A DNA stretch of 64,000 bases from Methanomicrobiales archaeon. GTDB taxonomy: Archaea; Halobacteriota; Methanomicrobia; Methanomicrobiales; Methanospirillaceae. Where the stretch lies: positions 1-64,000 of the forward strand of contig JBAXJR010000007.1 of assembly GCA_037137755.1 (NCBI GenBank), given 5' to 3'. The first letter of the stretch is position 1; every line of letters begins with the position of its first letter. A model generated the notes under the pieces. It searched no databases and was not told the origin of the DNA. It was given only the letters and a program-made list of their open reading frames with translations. Below are positions 10,643 through 21,131 of this stretch, piece after piece. Made by a program: the position numbers and the translations under genes.

Positions 10643-11784
10643 ACGCAGGAACAAGAGCCACCCCGTCTTTTCCGGATGGCGAACACGCGGCTATCTGGCT
10701 CGTCCGGTATGGCGAGATCGCCCTGAAATCACCGGGTGTCCGGGACATGTGGGAACGGCAACTCATTAAGAATATCCGGGAAACACAGCCATCGGTATGC
10801 AAGGTCAGCCGGGACCGGGGCCGTATCTGGGTAACCGGGGCTGTTGACCGATTAAGGCTTGGAAAGGTCTTTGGGATTGTTTCGGTCTCCCCGTGCCGGA
10901 CCTGCAGCCTTGAGGATATAAATTCCGAACTTGTCAGGTACATGGGAGACCTGCTTCCAGGGACTGGGAGTTTTGCCCTACGGGTCAGGAGGACCGGAAA
11001 TCATACCCTGAGTTCACAGGAGTATGCCCGGGAACTCGGTGCGGCTGTCAGGGATGCATTTCCGGAACTTTCGGTAGATCTAACGAATCCTGGAATAACC
11101 ATCCATGTCGAGATCCGGGATGACCGCTGTTTCCTGTACCACGAGATATTCCCTGGCCCCGGGGGCCTGCCTCTCGGTGTTGAAGGGACCCTTGTCGCGC
11201 TTCTTTCTGGCGGTATTGATTCTGCCGTTGCTATCTGGATGATGATGAAGCGGGGATGCCGGATCGTACCGGTCTATATTGATATGCCACCGTTTCTTGG
11301 TAACTCAGCCCTGAAAAGAGTCCAGGCAGTCCTCGGGATCCTTTCAGAGTATCAGCCCGGTATTACCCTGCATACGATAGAGGACACCTATGTTGCAAGG
11401 GCACGGGAATCGCTCAGGGCAAGCGGGGATGAAAAATATGTCTGCCTCCTCTGTAAACGCCGGATGTACCGGATCGCAGAAGACTTTGCCTCGGAAATAC
11501 ACGCCGGCGGGATCGTCACCGGGGAGTCGATGGGCCAGGTGGCCTCGCAGACGCTTGACAACCTCAAAGTACTTGACAGGGTTTCCGGTTTGCCCATTTA
11601 CAGGCCATTAATCGGCTTCGACAAGACTGAAATTATCACGATCGCCAGGAAAATTGGTACATTTGAGCCTTCAATCATGCCGGTAAGCAGTTGCTGCTGT
11701 GCTGTGCCGAACAAGCCAGCCACAAGTGCAGATCCGCTTGTTATCGAGGCACTTGAAGAGAGACTTGCCAATAATACCGGGTAA
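10639..11784 (+). CDS. thiI: tRNA 4-thiouridine sulfurtransferase
   Basis: RYGEIALKS, THUMP domain, LLSGGIDS PP-loop, CLLCKR, GESMGQVASQT. Confidence 0.93.
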   Translation: MNAGTRATPSFPDGEHAAIWLVRYGEIALKSPGVRDMWERQLIKNIRETQPSVCKVSRDRGRIWVTGAVDRLRLGKVFGIVSVSPCRTCSLEDINSELVRYMGDLLPGTGSFALRVRRTGNHTLSSQEYARELGAAVRDAFPELSVDLTNPGITIHVEIRDDRCFLYHEIFPGPGGLPLGVEGTLVALLSGGIDSAVAIWMMMKRGCRIVPVYIDMPPFLGNSALKRVQAVLGILSEYQPGITLHTIEDTYVARARESLRASGDEKYVCLLCKRRMYRIAEDFASEIHAGGIVTGESMGQVASQTLDNLKVLDRVSGLPIYRPLIGFDKTEIITIARKIGTFEPSIMPVSSCCCAVPNKPATSADPLVIEALEERLANNTG

Positions 11785-11938
11785 GATTACCAGGGTAAAC
11801 CTATTTTTCCGGTTGCAATAACCGGGTGTTCAATAGCGCTATTCCTCCTGTCTGTTACCTGGAATCGTTCCGATCAGTGTTAGCGGTGCCTGAAAGTCGG
11901 AACAGCAAGGAGACTGTAATTCGTGGAGAAAAAGAGGG

Positions 11939-12340
11939 TTATCCCCTGTATCTATAGGGATAACTGAGAAGGGCGAACCTGCCGGTGTATGCGGCAGTGG
12001 CTGGCCGATAGTAGCCTGAATTACCCGTTTTAACTGCCTGGAAAGACTGCTGGCCTGACTGGCATGTTGCACCGTTCGTGCATCCCGTTGAAACGCAGTA
12101 GACACTTGTAGCACATCCACCGTTTACACATCCCTGTCCGTTGTCCGGGCAGAGTGAACTGTCAGCGCATGACTGCTGACCTGTACATCCCGCAGAACCC
12201 GATGGGCAGGCGGTTGAACATGACTGGGCTGTTGAACAGGACTGCGCCTGGACACTGGCCCCGCAGCTTCCTCCGCATGCCATTACACTGGCAGGGAGGA
12301 GGAGGAGCATCGCCAGAGCGATGATGAGTAGTTTCTTCAT
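11939..12340 (-). CDS. Small secreted Cys-rich protein
   Basis: Signal peptide MKKLLIIALAMLLLLPASVMA, 13 Cys in a Ser/Gly/Gln-rich body; SD AAGGAG. Confidence 0.75.
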   Translation of the reverse strand: MKKLLIIALAMLLLLPASVMACGGSCGASVQAQSCSTAQSCSTACPSGSAGCTGQQSCADSSLCPDNGQGCVNGGCATSVYCVSTGCTNGATCQSGQQSFQAVKTGNSGYYRPATAAYTGRFALLSYPYRYRG

Positions 12341-12579
12341 ATTGGTTCTGACTCCTTGATCTTCCGGGATCTTCCCGGTAAAAATTCATTTCTCACCATG
12401 TAATAAACCATTTCTCGCAGATCACTCTTATTCAACGAACCAGGGGATTTCCAGCTGCCACGTGTCCTGAAAGGACTTTGTGGGATTAGGAAACCCGAAA
12501 TGTCAATATTTCCCCGTGAGAATAAGCTGGAACATTCAGAAATGATAAATAGAAGGATTTCAGACATGTACAATTAGCA

Positions 12580-13395
12580 ATGAATATCACATCATGGCTG
12601 GTCGTACCATTCCTTATACTCTCACTCGCTCTTGCAGCAGTGCCGGTATACCAGCCGGTACCCTCGTTCACACCTATAATGCCTGGCTCCGCAGGGGAAT
12701 GCAGGACAAGCATGCCATGTTGCGCGAATGGAGGTTCATCAAATATGGTTCCCCCGGCAATCCCCGCGAGGGTCCCGGTTGTCCCGCCGGGCTGCTGCCA
12801 GCCCTGCCAGGTCCCGGCCGCTGTACCGGTGGTGAGCAGCCCTGCCTGTCCCACTACCGATTCAAGGTTCCGCGGGTTTCGTAGGATTACAGCATCCAAT
12901 GTCCTCGATCATCCCGAAAGAAGGCTGATATTCGCAATTATTAGGGATAATCCTGGGATTGAGTTTTCCGGCCTGGCCCGGGATTCAGGGATGAATATCA
13001 ATACCCTGCGGTATCATATCGACACACTCGTGTATCATGGAAAGGTGACGGTATCGAGAGCCAGGGGGATATTCCGGTATTTCGAGAACCACGGCAGGTA
13101 TTCGGAGTTTGAGAGGCAGGCCCTCCCGTATACCAGGAACCCTGTATCTAAGTGTCTCCTGGCGGTCATCGAAAAATTCCCGGGTGTTACCCAGAATTCT
13201 CTTGCAGACCATATCGGCATTACGTGCCCTACTGTCCGTTGGCATATGCAGCGGTTTGAATCTGACAGGATTGTCCGGGCAGTGAGAGAGGGGAGGAACG
13301 TATGTTATTACCTTACCCCCGAAGCATCCGCATTCTTCACGCAGCTGGAAAACCCACCTGAAGAAACAGGTACGGGTGGCCGTGCAGGAAATTAG
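12580..13395 (+). CDS. Double winged-HTH regulator with hydrophobic N-terminus and Cys/Pro-rich linker
   Basis: NVLDHPERRLIFAIIRDNPGI..TLRYHI and PGVTQNSLADHIGIT..TVRWHM HTH units. Confidence 0.8.
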   Translation: MNITSWLVVPFLILSLALAAVPVYQPVPSFTPIMPGSAGECRTSMPCCANGGSSNMVPPAIPARVPVVPPGCCQPCQVPAAVPVVSSPACPTTDSRFRGFRRITASNVLDHPERRLIFAIIRDNPGIEFSGLARDSGMNINTLRYHIDTLVYHGKVTVSRARGIFRYFENHGRYSEFERQALPYTRNPVSKCLLAVIEKFPGVTQNSLADHIGITCPTVRWHMQRFESDRIVRAVREGRNVCYYLTPEASAFFTQLENPPEETGTGGRAGN

Positions 13396-13433
13396 ACCTT
13401 TTTCCCCAAGGTTACGTCCCTGCCCCTCACCAA

Positions 13434-14372
13434 TCATACAACGATATTGGTATCAGAAAATGGCTTGATCTTTATCAGGATATAGTCACGCATGCGTGAG
13501 GGCCTGACGTCTGCAACCGCCCCGATCGTTATGCCGTTTTCGATCTCGCATTCCCTGACCGGCCCTGCGTAGATGTCATAGGGTAACTTGATACGGAGCC
13601 CGGCGATCTGGACTGTGATCGGGGTCGGGGACGTTACATCTTCAATATCCGGAACCTGTTCCGTAATGATGTCCATGAGGCGTGCGGGGGAAACCGAGAG
13701 CGGGTCTTTTGCGATCTCTTCCCGCCGGATGTCAAGGACACGGGTGATTTCGGCCACGATCTCTTCCAGTTTCTCAATCTCGTCCGATTCTTTCGTCCTG
13801 TGCATGAACCTGCCCACGTTCCCGACGTACCCGGAAACCGGCGGGTCGATGATCTTCTCTAATGCTTCCTTTGAAGGGCCACCACATACGACGATCGGGA
13901 CTTCAATACCCCTCCTCAAAACGGGAAGTTTCTTCTCAATGCATGTCTCGAAATTGCCGAGCATGAAGAGTGCGAGGTCATGCTCGTTTATGACATCGCG
14001 TTCCTCGTCATTTAGCTGGGCAATCCGCTTCCCGAATCCTCGTGCGAGCCCGACCATGTTGGTCTTCGCACCATTTCTCCTGATATATTCTGCCACGTCG
14101 CAGGAGGCATGGGGGAGGTGGTGGATCTCGAGGCTCATGGTGACGACGGCGATCTCGGTCCCAACCAGCGATGCAGGGAGAATATCGCCCATGAGGGGCT
14201 TTCCAACAGCACGGATGAGCTCGATGTCATCCCGTGGCACAAGTGCCTGGAGGACTACTTCCTGAGCGACGAAATGTTTCTGGATAATATAGCCGCCGAC
14301 GTCCTCGATAAGGTCGACAATCTCATCATGGCGGTATATTCCCCCTTTGTAGGTAACCGGGACCAGGATCAC
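13434..14372 (-). CDS. mmp7: Methanogenesis marker protein 7
   Basis: YKGGIYRHDE, HHLPHASCDVAEY, GLARGFGKR, GNFETC; cluster context. Confidence 0.85.
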   Translation of the reverse strand: MILVPVTYKGGIYRHDEIVDLIEDVGGYIIQKHFVAQEVVLQALVPRDDIELIRAVGKPLMGDILPASLVGTEIAVVTMSLEIHHLPHASCDVAEYIRRNGAKTNMVGLARGFGKRIAQLNDEERDVINEHDLALFMLGNFETCIEKKLPVLRRGIEVPIVVCGGPSKEALEKIIDPPVSGYVGNVGRFMHRTKESDEIEKLEEIVAEITRVLDIRREEIAKDPLSVSPARLMDIITEQVPDIEDVTSPTPITVQIAGLRIKLPYDIYAGPVRECEIENGITIGAVADVRPSRMRDYILIKIKPFSDTNIVV

Positions 14373-14950
14373 AGGCTCTCACCCATTAGTCTGAATTTTT
14401 CTGAAAGGAGCAGGGGAATGTCCTCATCAAGAGTATTTTCACTCGCGACATAGTAGAACTTCCCGTTTCCATAGTATTGCCGCCGAACCTTGAACCCTTC
14501 CGGGGCAATGGTCTGCATCGCATAGATCAGGTCTTTGTAGAGGGTTTCGCTCGGGTCGCTCACGACCATGTCTGGCAGGCTCTCCGAATCGCCCCGTTCA
14601 AGCGGCATGATGATGGTCAGCCTGTCCGGCTGGTCAACCATGGCCTGCCCGAACTTGTCCCAGAGTATTTTCAGCAGTGGTGCGAGGTACGCTTCGTTCG
14701 CGATCGAAATCGTCACCTTGTGGTCCTCGATATTTAAGTCGGAAAAGTCCCGGACGGTAACAAGGCCCGGCAATTTCCTCGTGGTCCCGACGGCGACAAA
14801 AATCGGGACTGACGGGTCAATGAACACGTGGATTTTTGCGACGACCTTGACGAGGTCATGGTCAAGGAGCACCGTGGAGACGATACGCTTGTAGTACTCA
14901 CCCCCGAGCAGTTCCGGGCATTCCACCTCATAATAATCGAGTGTCCCCAT
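14369..14950 (-). CDS. mmp17: Methanogenesis marker protein 17
   Basis: VECPE..GG..Y, APEGFKVR, ASEN motifs; cluster context. Confidence 0.8.
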   Translation of the reverse strand: MGTLDYYEVECPELLGGEYYKRIVSTVLLDHDLVKVVAKIHVFIDPSVPIFVAVGTTRKLPGLVTVRDFSDLNIEDHKVTISIANEAYLAPLLKILWDKFGQAMVDQPDRLTIIMPLERGDSESLPDMVVSDPSETLYKDLIYAMQTIAPEGFKVRRQYYGNGKFYYVASENTLDEDIPLLLSEKFRLMGESL

Positions 14951-16189
14951 CTACTTCTCCCTGATGAACCCGGATGAAAGGAGTGCAGAACCCACGGCCC
15001 CGATATACTGCGAATAAGGAGGCACGAAGATCTCAACCTGCAGGAGTTCTCCCATCGCAAATACAAGCCCCTTGATCAACGAGGTCCCACCCACCATGAT
15101 AACGGGCTCCCTTATATCAACTTCCTGCAACTGCTGCTCAAACACCTGTTCCGCGACGCTGTGGCAGGCGGCAGCAGCAACATCCTCCTTAGAACTCCCG
15201 GCTGCAAGGGCGTTTACAAGGCTCTGGGTACCAAACACGATACAGTAGCTGTTCATTGCTACCTGCTTAGACATCCCCTTAAGTGCGAGCGGCCCAAGCT
15301 CAGTGATATCGACACCAAGGCGCTTTGCGGTCATTTCGAGGAACCTGCCACTTGCCCCCGCACAGATACCCCCCATGGTAAATGTCCCCGGTATCCCGTC
15401 CTGAACACTGATCGCCTTGTTGTCCATCCCGCCGATATCGATGACGGTCGAAGGCCCGTGCTGGCAGTCTGCAAGGAATACCGCTCCCTTTGAGTTCACG
15501 GTCAGTTCTTCCTGGATAAGGTCCGCTTTGATCTTTTCCCCCACAAGGAACCGCCCGTACCCGGTAGTGCCAACTGCCTGGATCTCTTCCCGTTTAACTC
15601 CTGCCATATCGAGTGCCTGCTGTATTGCCGCATTGGCACTCTCGAGCACATCGGTCGTTGGTAACCACCCGGTGCCGATAATTTTGTTATCCCTCATCAC
15701 CACGGCTTTTGTGGTACTGGAACCGGAATCCAGCCCGAGCGTGAGCCCTACCTGGGTCTCCCTCGCTAACAGTGCTCTCCGCCGTGCGATGGTGGTCAGG
15801 GCTTCCATCCGCGTGAGTAAGGTCCCCGAGGTGGTACGTTCGGTGAACGAATAACTGACGACCGGGAGTTTGGAATTCTCGTGGATGTACCTCCGGAGCT
15901 CGTTCCGGACAATAGCCGCCTCGGCACAGCGGAAACAGGTGGCGATAAAGACCGCGTCTGCCTCGACCCTTCCCTCAACAAGTGCTTTTGCCCGGGCAAT
16001 CGCCAGCTTGAGGTCAGGGCTGCGGACATCAAGGCCAAACGCGGTGAAATCCCTTTTAATATCTGCGAGACTGATATCGGGGTAAAAAATCTCTGCATCA
16101 ACCGCTTTTGCGGCCTGGTCAATCTCTTTCTGGACACCACTGTATTCAGGACCGCATGAGAGTTGTGCAATTCGTACGGGGGTGGTCAT
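14951..16189 (-). CDS. mmp15: Methanogenesis marker protein 15 (CoA-substrate activase-like ATPase)
   Basis: [42 protein letters not shown]. Confidence 0.88.
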   Translation of the reverse strand: MTTPVRIAQLSCGPEYSGVQKEIDQAAKAVDAEIFYPDISLADIKRDFTAFGLDVRSPDLKLAIARAKALVEGRVEADAVFIATCFRCAEAAIVRNELRRYIHENSKLPVVSYSFTERTTSGTLLTRMEALTTIARRRALLARETQVGLTLGLDSGSSTTKAVVMRDNKIIGTGWLPTTDVLESANAAIQQALDMAGVKREEIQAVGTTGYGRFLVGEKIKADLIQEELTVNSKGAVFLADCQHGPSTVIDIGGMDNKAISVQDGIPGTFTMGGICAGASGRFLEMTAKRLGVDITELGPLALKGMSKQVAMNSYCIVFGTQSLVNALAAGSSKEDVAAAACHSVAEQVFEQQLQEVDIREPVIMVGGTSLIKGLVFAMGELLQVEIFVPPYSQYIGAVGSALLSSGFIREK

Positions 16190-16632
16190 TTCGCCACCCT
16201 TTGTCCCTTGAGGAAATCCCTGATCGCTGCAACGAATTCTGCCCCTTCTGAGTCAGTCTTTGGATAATTCAGTTCCAGCACAGGAATATCGCGTTTCTTC
16301 AGAAGGAATATGATCAGTTCGTTCGTCCGGGCACAACCCATGCAACCGAAGGCGAGATCTGCATCGTGAATAATGATACCTGCTTCAGCGTCCTCGATCA
16401 TCGGGCCGTAGAGCGACATCCGGCCCCGGACACCCGAGGGGACCTCAACAGCTGCATACTTAAGGCCTTTTTTCGGGTCTTCCGGGCTGATCTGGAGTGG
16501 GGGTGATTCAAGGCCTGCGGTCTGGATATGCTCCCGTATTGATTGTGCTGCGCTCAGGGGGGTATGGCCGAACCGGGCAACAAGGTCAGAGAGGATCAGG
16601 CTGGTAGCGGGATAAATAAAAACTTTCGCCAT
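16186..16632 (-). CDS. mmp5: Methanogenesis marker protein 5
   Basis: [34 protein letters not shown]. Confidence 0.88.
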   Translation of the reverse strand: MAKVFIYPATSLILSDLVARFGHTPLSAAQSIREHIQTAGLESPPLQISPEDPKKGLKYAAVEVPSGVRGRMSLYGPMIEDAEAGIIIHDADLAFGCMGCARTNELIIFLLKKRDIPVLELNYPKTDSEGAEFVAAIRDFLKGQRVAK

Positions 16633-16637
16633 TTTTT

Positions 16638-17096
16638 TCAGGGCTCCTGTGCTTCGACTAATTGTTTTAACTTGTCAATACCGAGTCTCGTTTCCGGTCC
16701 GGGAGATGGCGGGTGCGGAATAGATTGTTCATCACGAAGAGGGAGTACGTGGAGTCCGTACGAGACGTGGCGGATAAGGGAAATTTCGAACTCATGTCCG
16801 AAATACCCTGGCCTTGCACCACCGAGGTTCGCCCGGCAGCGCCGCGGGTCCCCGGGGGGGAACCCCCTGTCTTTTACAAAGATGTGATCGGGATCAAGCT
16901 CCCGTAATGCTCCGATTATCTTTTCCACTTCCTCTGCAGTTCCCGTGATCTGGAGCCCGAAACAGGTCTCCTTGATCATCGCACCTTCCGAGATCTCATA
17001 TGCCCTGACGGCCAGGTCCTGTGGTGTCATCTCCGGTGACTCAACGAATACGTATTTCGTCACCGTCCCCTGGTAACGCGGAATGTATTCGCTCAT
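16638..17096 (-). CDS. mmp6: Methanogenesis marker protein 6
   Basis: IKETCFG, KDRGFPPGDPRRCRA..GGARPG. Confidence 0.88.
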   Translation of the reverse strand: MSEYIPRYQGTVTKYVFVESPEMTPQDLAVRAYEISEGAMIKETCFGLQITGTAEEVEKIIGALRELDPDHIFVKDRGFPPGDPRRCRANLGGARPGYFGHEFEISLIRHVSYGLHVLPLRDEQSIPHPPSPGPETRLGIDKLKQLVEAQEP

Positions 17097-18619
17097 CCCT
17101 TTACCTCCCTGATAAACACGATATCTTTCTCCCTGATATTTTTCAGTACGCCGGGGTTCGTGACTCTGCCGATGATATTGGTCCCCTCAAAAGGCTCTGA
17201 TGTCGGCCCGAACTCTTTGTGGGCGGATACCCGGATCCCGACAAGTCCTACCCCTTTTCTCGCTTCATTGGTAATGGCAAGGGCCCCTGCCGGTACCTCG
17301 TCCTGCGGGGTATTTTCAGGAATTATTTTCACGCTTTTTGGTATAACCGGCTTGAACAGGTACACATCGTCAAAAATGAAAAGTGCCGGGACCTGCCCGA
17401 CATCATGGGACCAGAGGCCTGTAAGAAAACGGAATATCTCACAGGATTCCGGTGCGTTTGCGTCATCAAGGACAATGTCAATCACCCTCGAGAGCGATTC
17501 CGTGACCAGGGATACCGTTCCACCGGCCAGCACCTCAAGTGTTGTCCCCGGGACCTGCCCGACAACCACGCGGTCTCCTGCCTGGTTGTCAACCACTGTT
17601 TTCACTCCTCTTTCTGCTGCAATATTGAGTGCTTCTCCGAGCGGAAGTCCTATCAGGTCGAACCGTGCCGGTGAGGCCCTGACACAGAATATGTCTCCCA
17701 CCTTTGCAAGCCGGGCAATCTCTATCCCGTGGACCACCTGAGCCACGACGGTGTGGGCGGGGTTACTCGGGACATCGGCGGTGTAAATATATACTCCTCC
17801 CCTTGACCGGCCTTTTGTCCTGATGGTTACCGTTCCCTCCCGCCTCGGTCCGTTCAACTCGGCTGGGACATCAATCTGGGTCCGGCGGCCATCAAAAATA
17901 TGGGTGCTCGCTGCCCTGCCTACATGAAACGTCCCTTCTTCCAACGCAAGCAGCAGGTGTTCAACGCTTCTGGAGCAATCTGTAACGATATGGTCCTCGT
18001 CGTTCCCCTGCACGGCCAGGTCGACGTGGGTAACAATCTGCATCCCTTCTTCAAGCAGCAGTTCCGGGTCAGTAGTTGTAAAAGAACGGGTGGTGTCGGC
18101 CCATGCGATAACAGGGATTACTTCTGTTACCCTGTCCCCCGTACCCCAGTGGTCCAGTACACCCCGTCCGGACACTACTCTTCCGATCACTCCCCCGTTT
18201 TCACCCGTTCCATGGTCTGCGGAATGCCGCATCCTTGAAAAAATGAGATATGACTGTTTCGGGTCATACCCCCCGCACCCTAGGATAAGGTCTCCACGCT
18301 CGTACAGGTGGGGTCTCCTGTCCGGAACAATTATCGAAGGGAATGGACCGAAGGCGGCACTATACCGATCTTCCCAGTGCAGTTTCAGGCTGTCAATAAA
18401 ACCGGGGCCTTCCATGGATATTCGGCTTGACGCAGGGATCTCAACCCGTATTTCCCCTTTGGTGGTCAGGAACTGGAGATTTTCTGTTGTTTCCTTTTCC
18501 TGCGTACCGGGCCGGATCACTGCCACACAACAGAGCGGGTCCCGGCCAGTGACCACCGAAGCAAGCCTGCTTCCTTCTTGCACATCGAGGCTCTCCCCGT
18601 CGATCCGGATCGTGACCAT
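17093..18619 (-). CDS. mmp3: Methanogenesis marker protein 3 (cyclophilin-like)
   Basis: C-terminal ITN..RKG.G.VGIR...EFGPTSEPFEGTNIIG. Confidence 0.85.
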   Translation of the reverse strand: MVTIRIDGESLDVQEGSRLASVVTGRDPLCCVAVIRPGTQEKETTENLQFLTTKGEIRVEIPASSRISMEGPGFIDSLKLHWEDRYSAAFGPFPSIIVPDRRPHLYERGDLILGCGGYDPKQSYLIFSRMRHSADHGTGENGGVIGRVVSGRGVLDHWGTGDRVTEVIPVIAWADTTRSFTTTDPELLLEEGMQIVTHVDLAVQGNDEDHIVTDCSRSVEHLLLALEEGTFHVGRAASTHIFDGRRTQIDVPAELNGPRREGTVTIRTKGRSRGGVYIYTADVPSNPAHTVVAQVVHGIEIARLAKVGDIFCVRASPARFDLIGLPLGEALNIAAERGVKTVVDNQAGDRVVVGQVPGTTLEVLAGGTVSLVTESLSRVIDIVLDDANAPESCEIFRFLTGLWSHDVGQVPALFIFDDVYLFKPVIPKSVKIIPENTPQDEVPAGALAITNEARKGVGLVGIRVSAHKEFGPTSEPFEGTNIIGRVTNPGVLKNIREKDIVFIREVKG

Positions 18620-18639
18620 CCTTCATCTCCTTTGCCAGC

Positions 18640-20253
18640 TCACGGCGCTACCGGCTTACTCATGACTTCACGTTCTTCTTCCGTGAGGGTTGCAAGTACT
18701 TCGGCGGTTTTTCCAATTGCAACAATCTTGCCCCCCCGCATCAGTGCCAACCGGTCACAGACTTCCCTTACAAACTCCATGTCGTGGGAAACAACGATAA
18801 ACGTCTCCTCCATCTCGTCCCGTGAATGTAGTATTGAGTGTTTTACATCGAGTTTTGTGATAGGGTCCATTGTCCCTGTCGGCTCGTCCAGCACGACAAG
18901 CCGTGGCTCACGGATCAGTACCTGGGCGAGTGCCACCCGGTGACGCTCTCCCTCTGAAAGCTGTGAAGGATAGCGGTCGAGAATCTCCCTGCTCTTATCT
19001 TCTGTAAAGCCCGACATCCGGAGCGTAATAACTGCTTTTCGTATCGCGAGCTCTTTTGGGAACTCAAGACCGATCGCATCGGTGAGGTTATCCAGCACCG
19101 TCCGGTGTGGGAACAGGTCATATTCCTGGTGGAGCAGCCCGATATAACCCTTGGCCCGTCCCCGGTACTCAATACCTGGTTTTGTCATATCGATCCATTC
19201 ATCCCCGATTTTAATGTTCATTTCACCGGATGTAGGCTCGATTATCCCGGAGATGATCCGCGAAAGCGTGGTCTTTCCTGCGCCACTTTTACCAATGATA
19301 CCAAAAATTTCCTTGGTAAAGACATCGAATGTCACCCCGTTCACAGCCTTGACCACTCCGCGGTCAACCGAGATGTACCGTTTGATCACATCCCTTGCAG
19401 AGAGGATCTGTTCCCCGATCTCGGCTGCCGCGAATTCCTCCTGGTCATGGTAGTCCTTCATGAACTGCTGTATGACCACGGCAGGAGTGCCAAGTGCGGT
19501 AATTTTTCCATCCTCAATGAGCATTGCCCGATCAGCAACATCCTCGATGACCTGCGAGAAGTGGGAGGTTACGACCATCCCCATATTTTCCTTTCTTGAT
19601 GCCTCGAGGAGCATTGCATGGACAACTTTCGCGGTGCCGGGGTCAAGAGTGCCTGTCGGTTCATCTGCAAAAAGGGCAAACGGCTCTTTCGCCAGCTGGC
19701 GGGCAAGTACAACCCGTTGTTTCTCTCCGCCGGAAAGGTCACGGGCGATATGCATCATCCGGTGGGAGAGGCGGACCTGGTCAAGGAGGTCTGCCGCACG
19801 GTTGATGGACTTATCAACCGGGTAATTGATATCATCGAGTGCATGAAGGACGTTTTCGATAACCCTGTCGTCCCCGTAGAGAGCAAATGTCCTCTGGAAC
19901 ATGATCGCCGTACGGTTCATAATACGGCGTTTCATTGCAGTATTGGCTTCATTCCAGAAATCAACGTCGAGGGACTTGAGAGACCCCCCACACTTTGGGC
20001 ATACCTGGCCTTTTTTGCTCGGCACGTCCAGGTAATCGCATCCATCACATGCCGCAACATGGTAGATGATTTTTCCGCTCGTCGGAGGTGTCTCCACCCC
20101 TCTCATGAGCTGCATCAGGACTGTTTTTCCTGCGCCGCTCCTGCCGATAATTCCAAGGATTTCTCCCTCTGAAAGTTCAAAAGAAATGGTATTGAGGATT
20201 CGTTTTCCGTCAAAATCCATGCACAGATTTTCAACGGTGATAAGTGGGGCCAT
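18640..20253 (-). CDS. atwA: Methyl-coenzyme M reductase system component A2 (double ABC ATPase)
   Basis: Two Walker A motifs (GRSGAGKT, GKSGAGKT), CxxC..CPKC zinc insert, MHIARDLSGGEKQR. Confidence 0.93.
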   Translation of the reverse strand: MAPLITVENLCMDFDGKRILNTISFELSEGEILGIIGRSGAGKTVLMQLMRGVETPPTSGKIIYHVAACDGCDYLDVPSKKGQVCPKCGGSLKSLDVDFWNEANTAMKRRIMNRTAIMFQRTFALYGDDRVIENVLHALDDINYPVDKSINRAADLLDQVRLSHRMMHIARDLSGGEKQRVVLARQLAKEPFALFADEPTGTLDPGTAKVVHAMLLEASRKENMGMVVTSHFSQVIEDVADRAMLIEDGKITALGTPAVVIQQFMKDYHDQEEFAAAEIGEQILSARDVIKRYISVDRGVVKAVNGVTFDVFTKEIFGIIGKSGAGKTTLSRIISGIIEPTSGEMNIKIGDEWIDMTKPGIEYRGRAKGYIGLLHQEYDLFPHRTVLDNLTDAIGLEFPKELAIRKAVITLRMSGFTEDKSREILDRYPSQLSEGERHRVALAQVLIREPRLVVLDEPTGTMDPITKLDVKHSILHSRDEMEETFIVVSHDMEFVREVCDRLALMRGGKIVAIGKTAEVLATLTEEEREVMSKPVAP

Positions 20254-20318
20254 TCTTCACCTCTTGTAGATCATGTAACGTACGGACATATTACTTTTTA
20301 TATACAGATATCTCTGGA

Positions 20319-21131
20319 TCAGGAACTCTGGAGATTTCTTACGATCTCGACCACTTCGCTCACGTTTTTCACTACGTGCCCGGCAGTCTTGTATAACTCG
20401 TCTGGTTTTCCCCCGGACTGCTCCTCGGTGAGGATGGCAATATCGGCTTTTTTCATTGCACACAGGTCGTTAATGCTGTCACCGACCATTACCACCCGAT
20501 CGAATTCACACTGGAGGTCTGAGACGATTTGCGCCTTCATGGAGGGTGTCGCCACCCCGTACACCCGGTCACGCGGAATACCCAGGTAATCCGCCATCCG
20601 TTCGAGTTTTGCTACCCTGTCACCGGATGCAATGTAGGTGGGAACACCCATCCGGTGCAGTGTTGAGATGGCCTCCTTGGCACCCTCGAATGGCCTTCCA
20701 CCGGTTGTAATCGTAAACTCAATGCCGTGTAAGGCCATGTTCAGGATGACCCCGCTGTTCATCGTCACAACCGCCTCACGACTGCAGTTTCTCCATACAT
20801 CACGGATACACTGCTGGAGGTCACCGACCGTTGCGTAGGTGTCATTATATAATGTGTCCCCCACTTCCTCAGCGGCGAGAACCTTCCTTGTGCAGCTGAT
20901 CCCAAACCCGATATTGTTCTCGACCAGGAACTCAGAGAGGAGTTTATCCGGTGGCGTGTCCATTACCTCCCTCGAATGGAGGTGCATCACGACAAGCACC
21001 CGTTCAGGAGAACTGAAGGTGAGCATTGTGGTCTCAATACCTGGTAAGAGCTGGTTGTTCAGTACATCCTTTGCCACCCGGTAGGTATGGAGCAGGGTAC
21101 CGGCACTATCAAAGACTACCGCGACTGACGT
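20319..21131 (-). CDS. HAD-superfamily hydrolase (soluble P-type ATPase-like); probable ACG start
   Basis: Frame extends upstream of the track's GTG to (T)SVAVVFDSAGTLL (HAD motif I); IASGD, VMVGDSIND. Confidence 0.82.
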   Translation of the reverse strand, partial: TSVAVVFDSAGTLLHTYRVAKDVLNNQLLPGIETTMLTFSSPERVLVVMHLHSREVMDTPPDKLLSEFLVENNIGFGISCTRKVLAAEEVGDTLYNDTYATVGDLQQCIRDVWRNCSREAVVTMNSGVILNMALHGIEFTITTGGRPFEGAKEAISTLHRMGVPTYIASGDRVAKLERMADYLGIPRDRVYGVATPSMKAQIVSDLQCEFDRVVMVGDSINDLCAMKKADIAILTEEQSGGKPDELYKTAGHVVKNVSEVVEIVRNLQSS

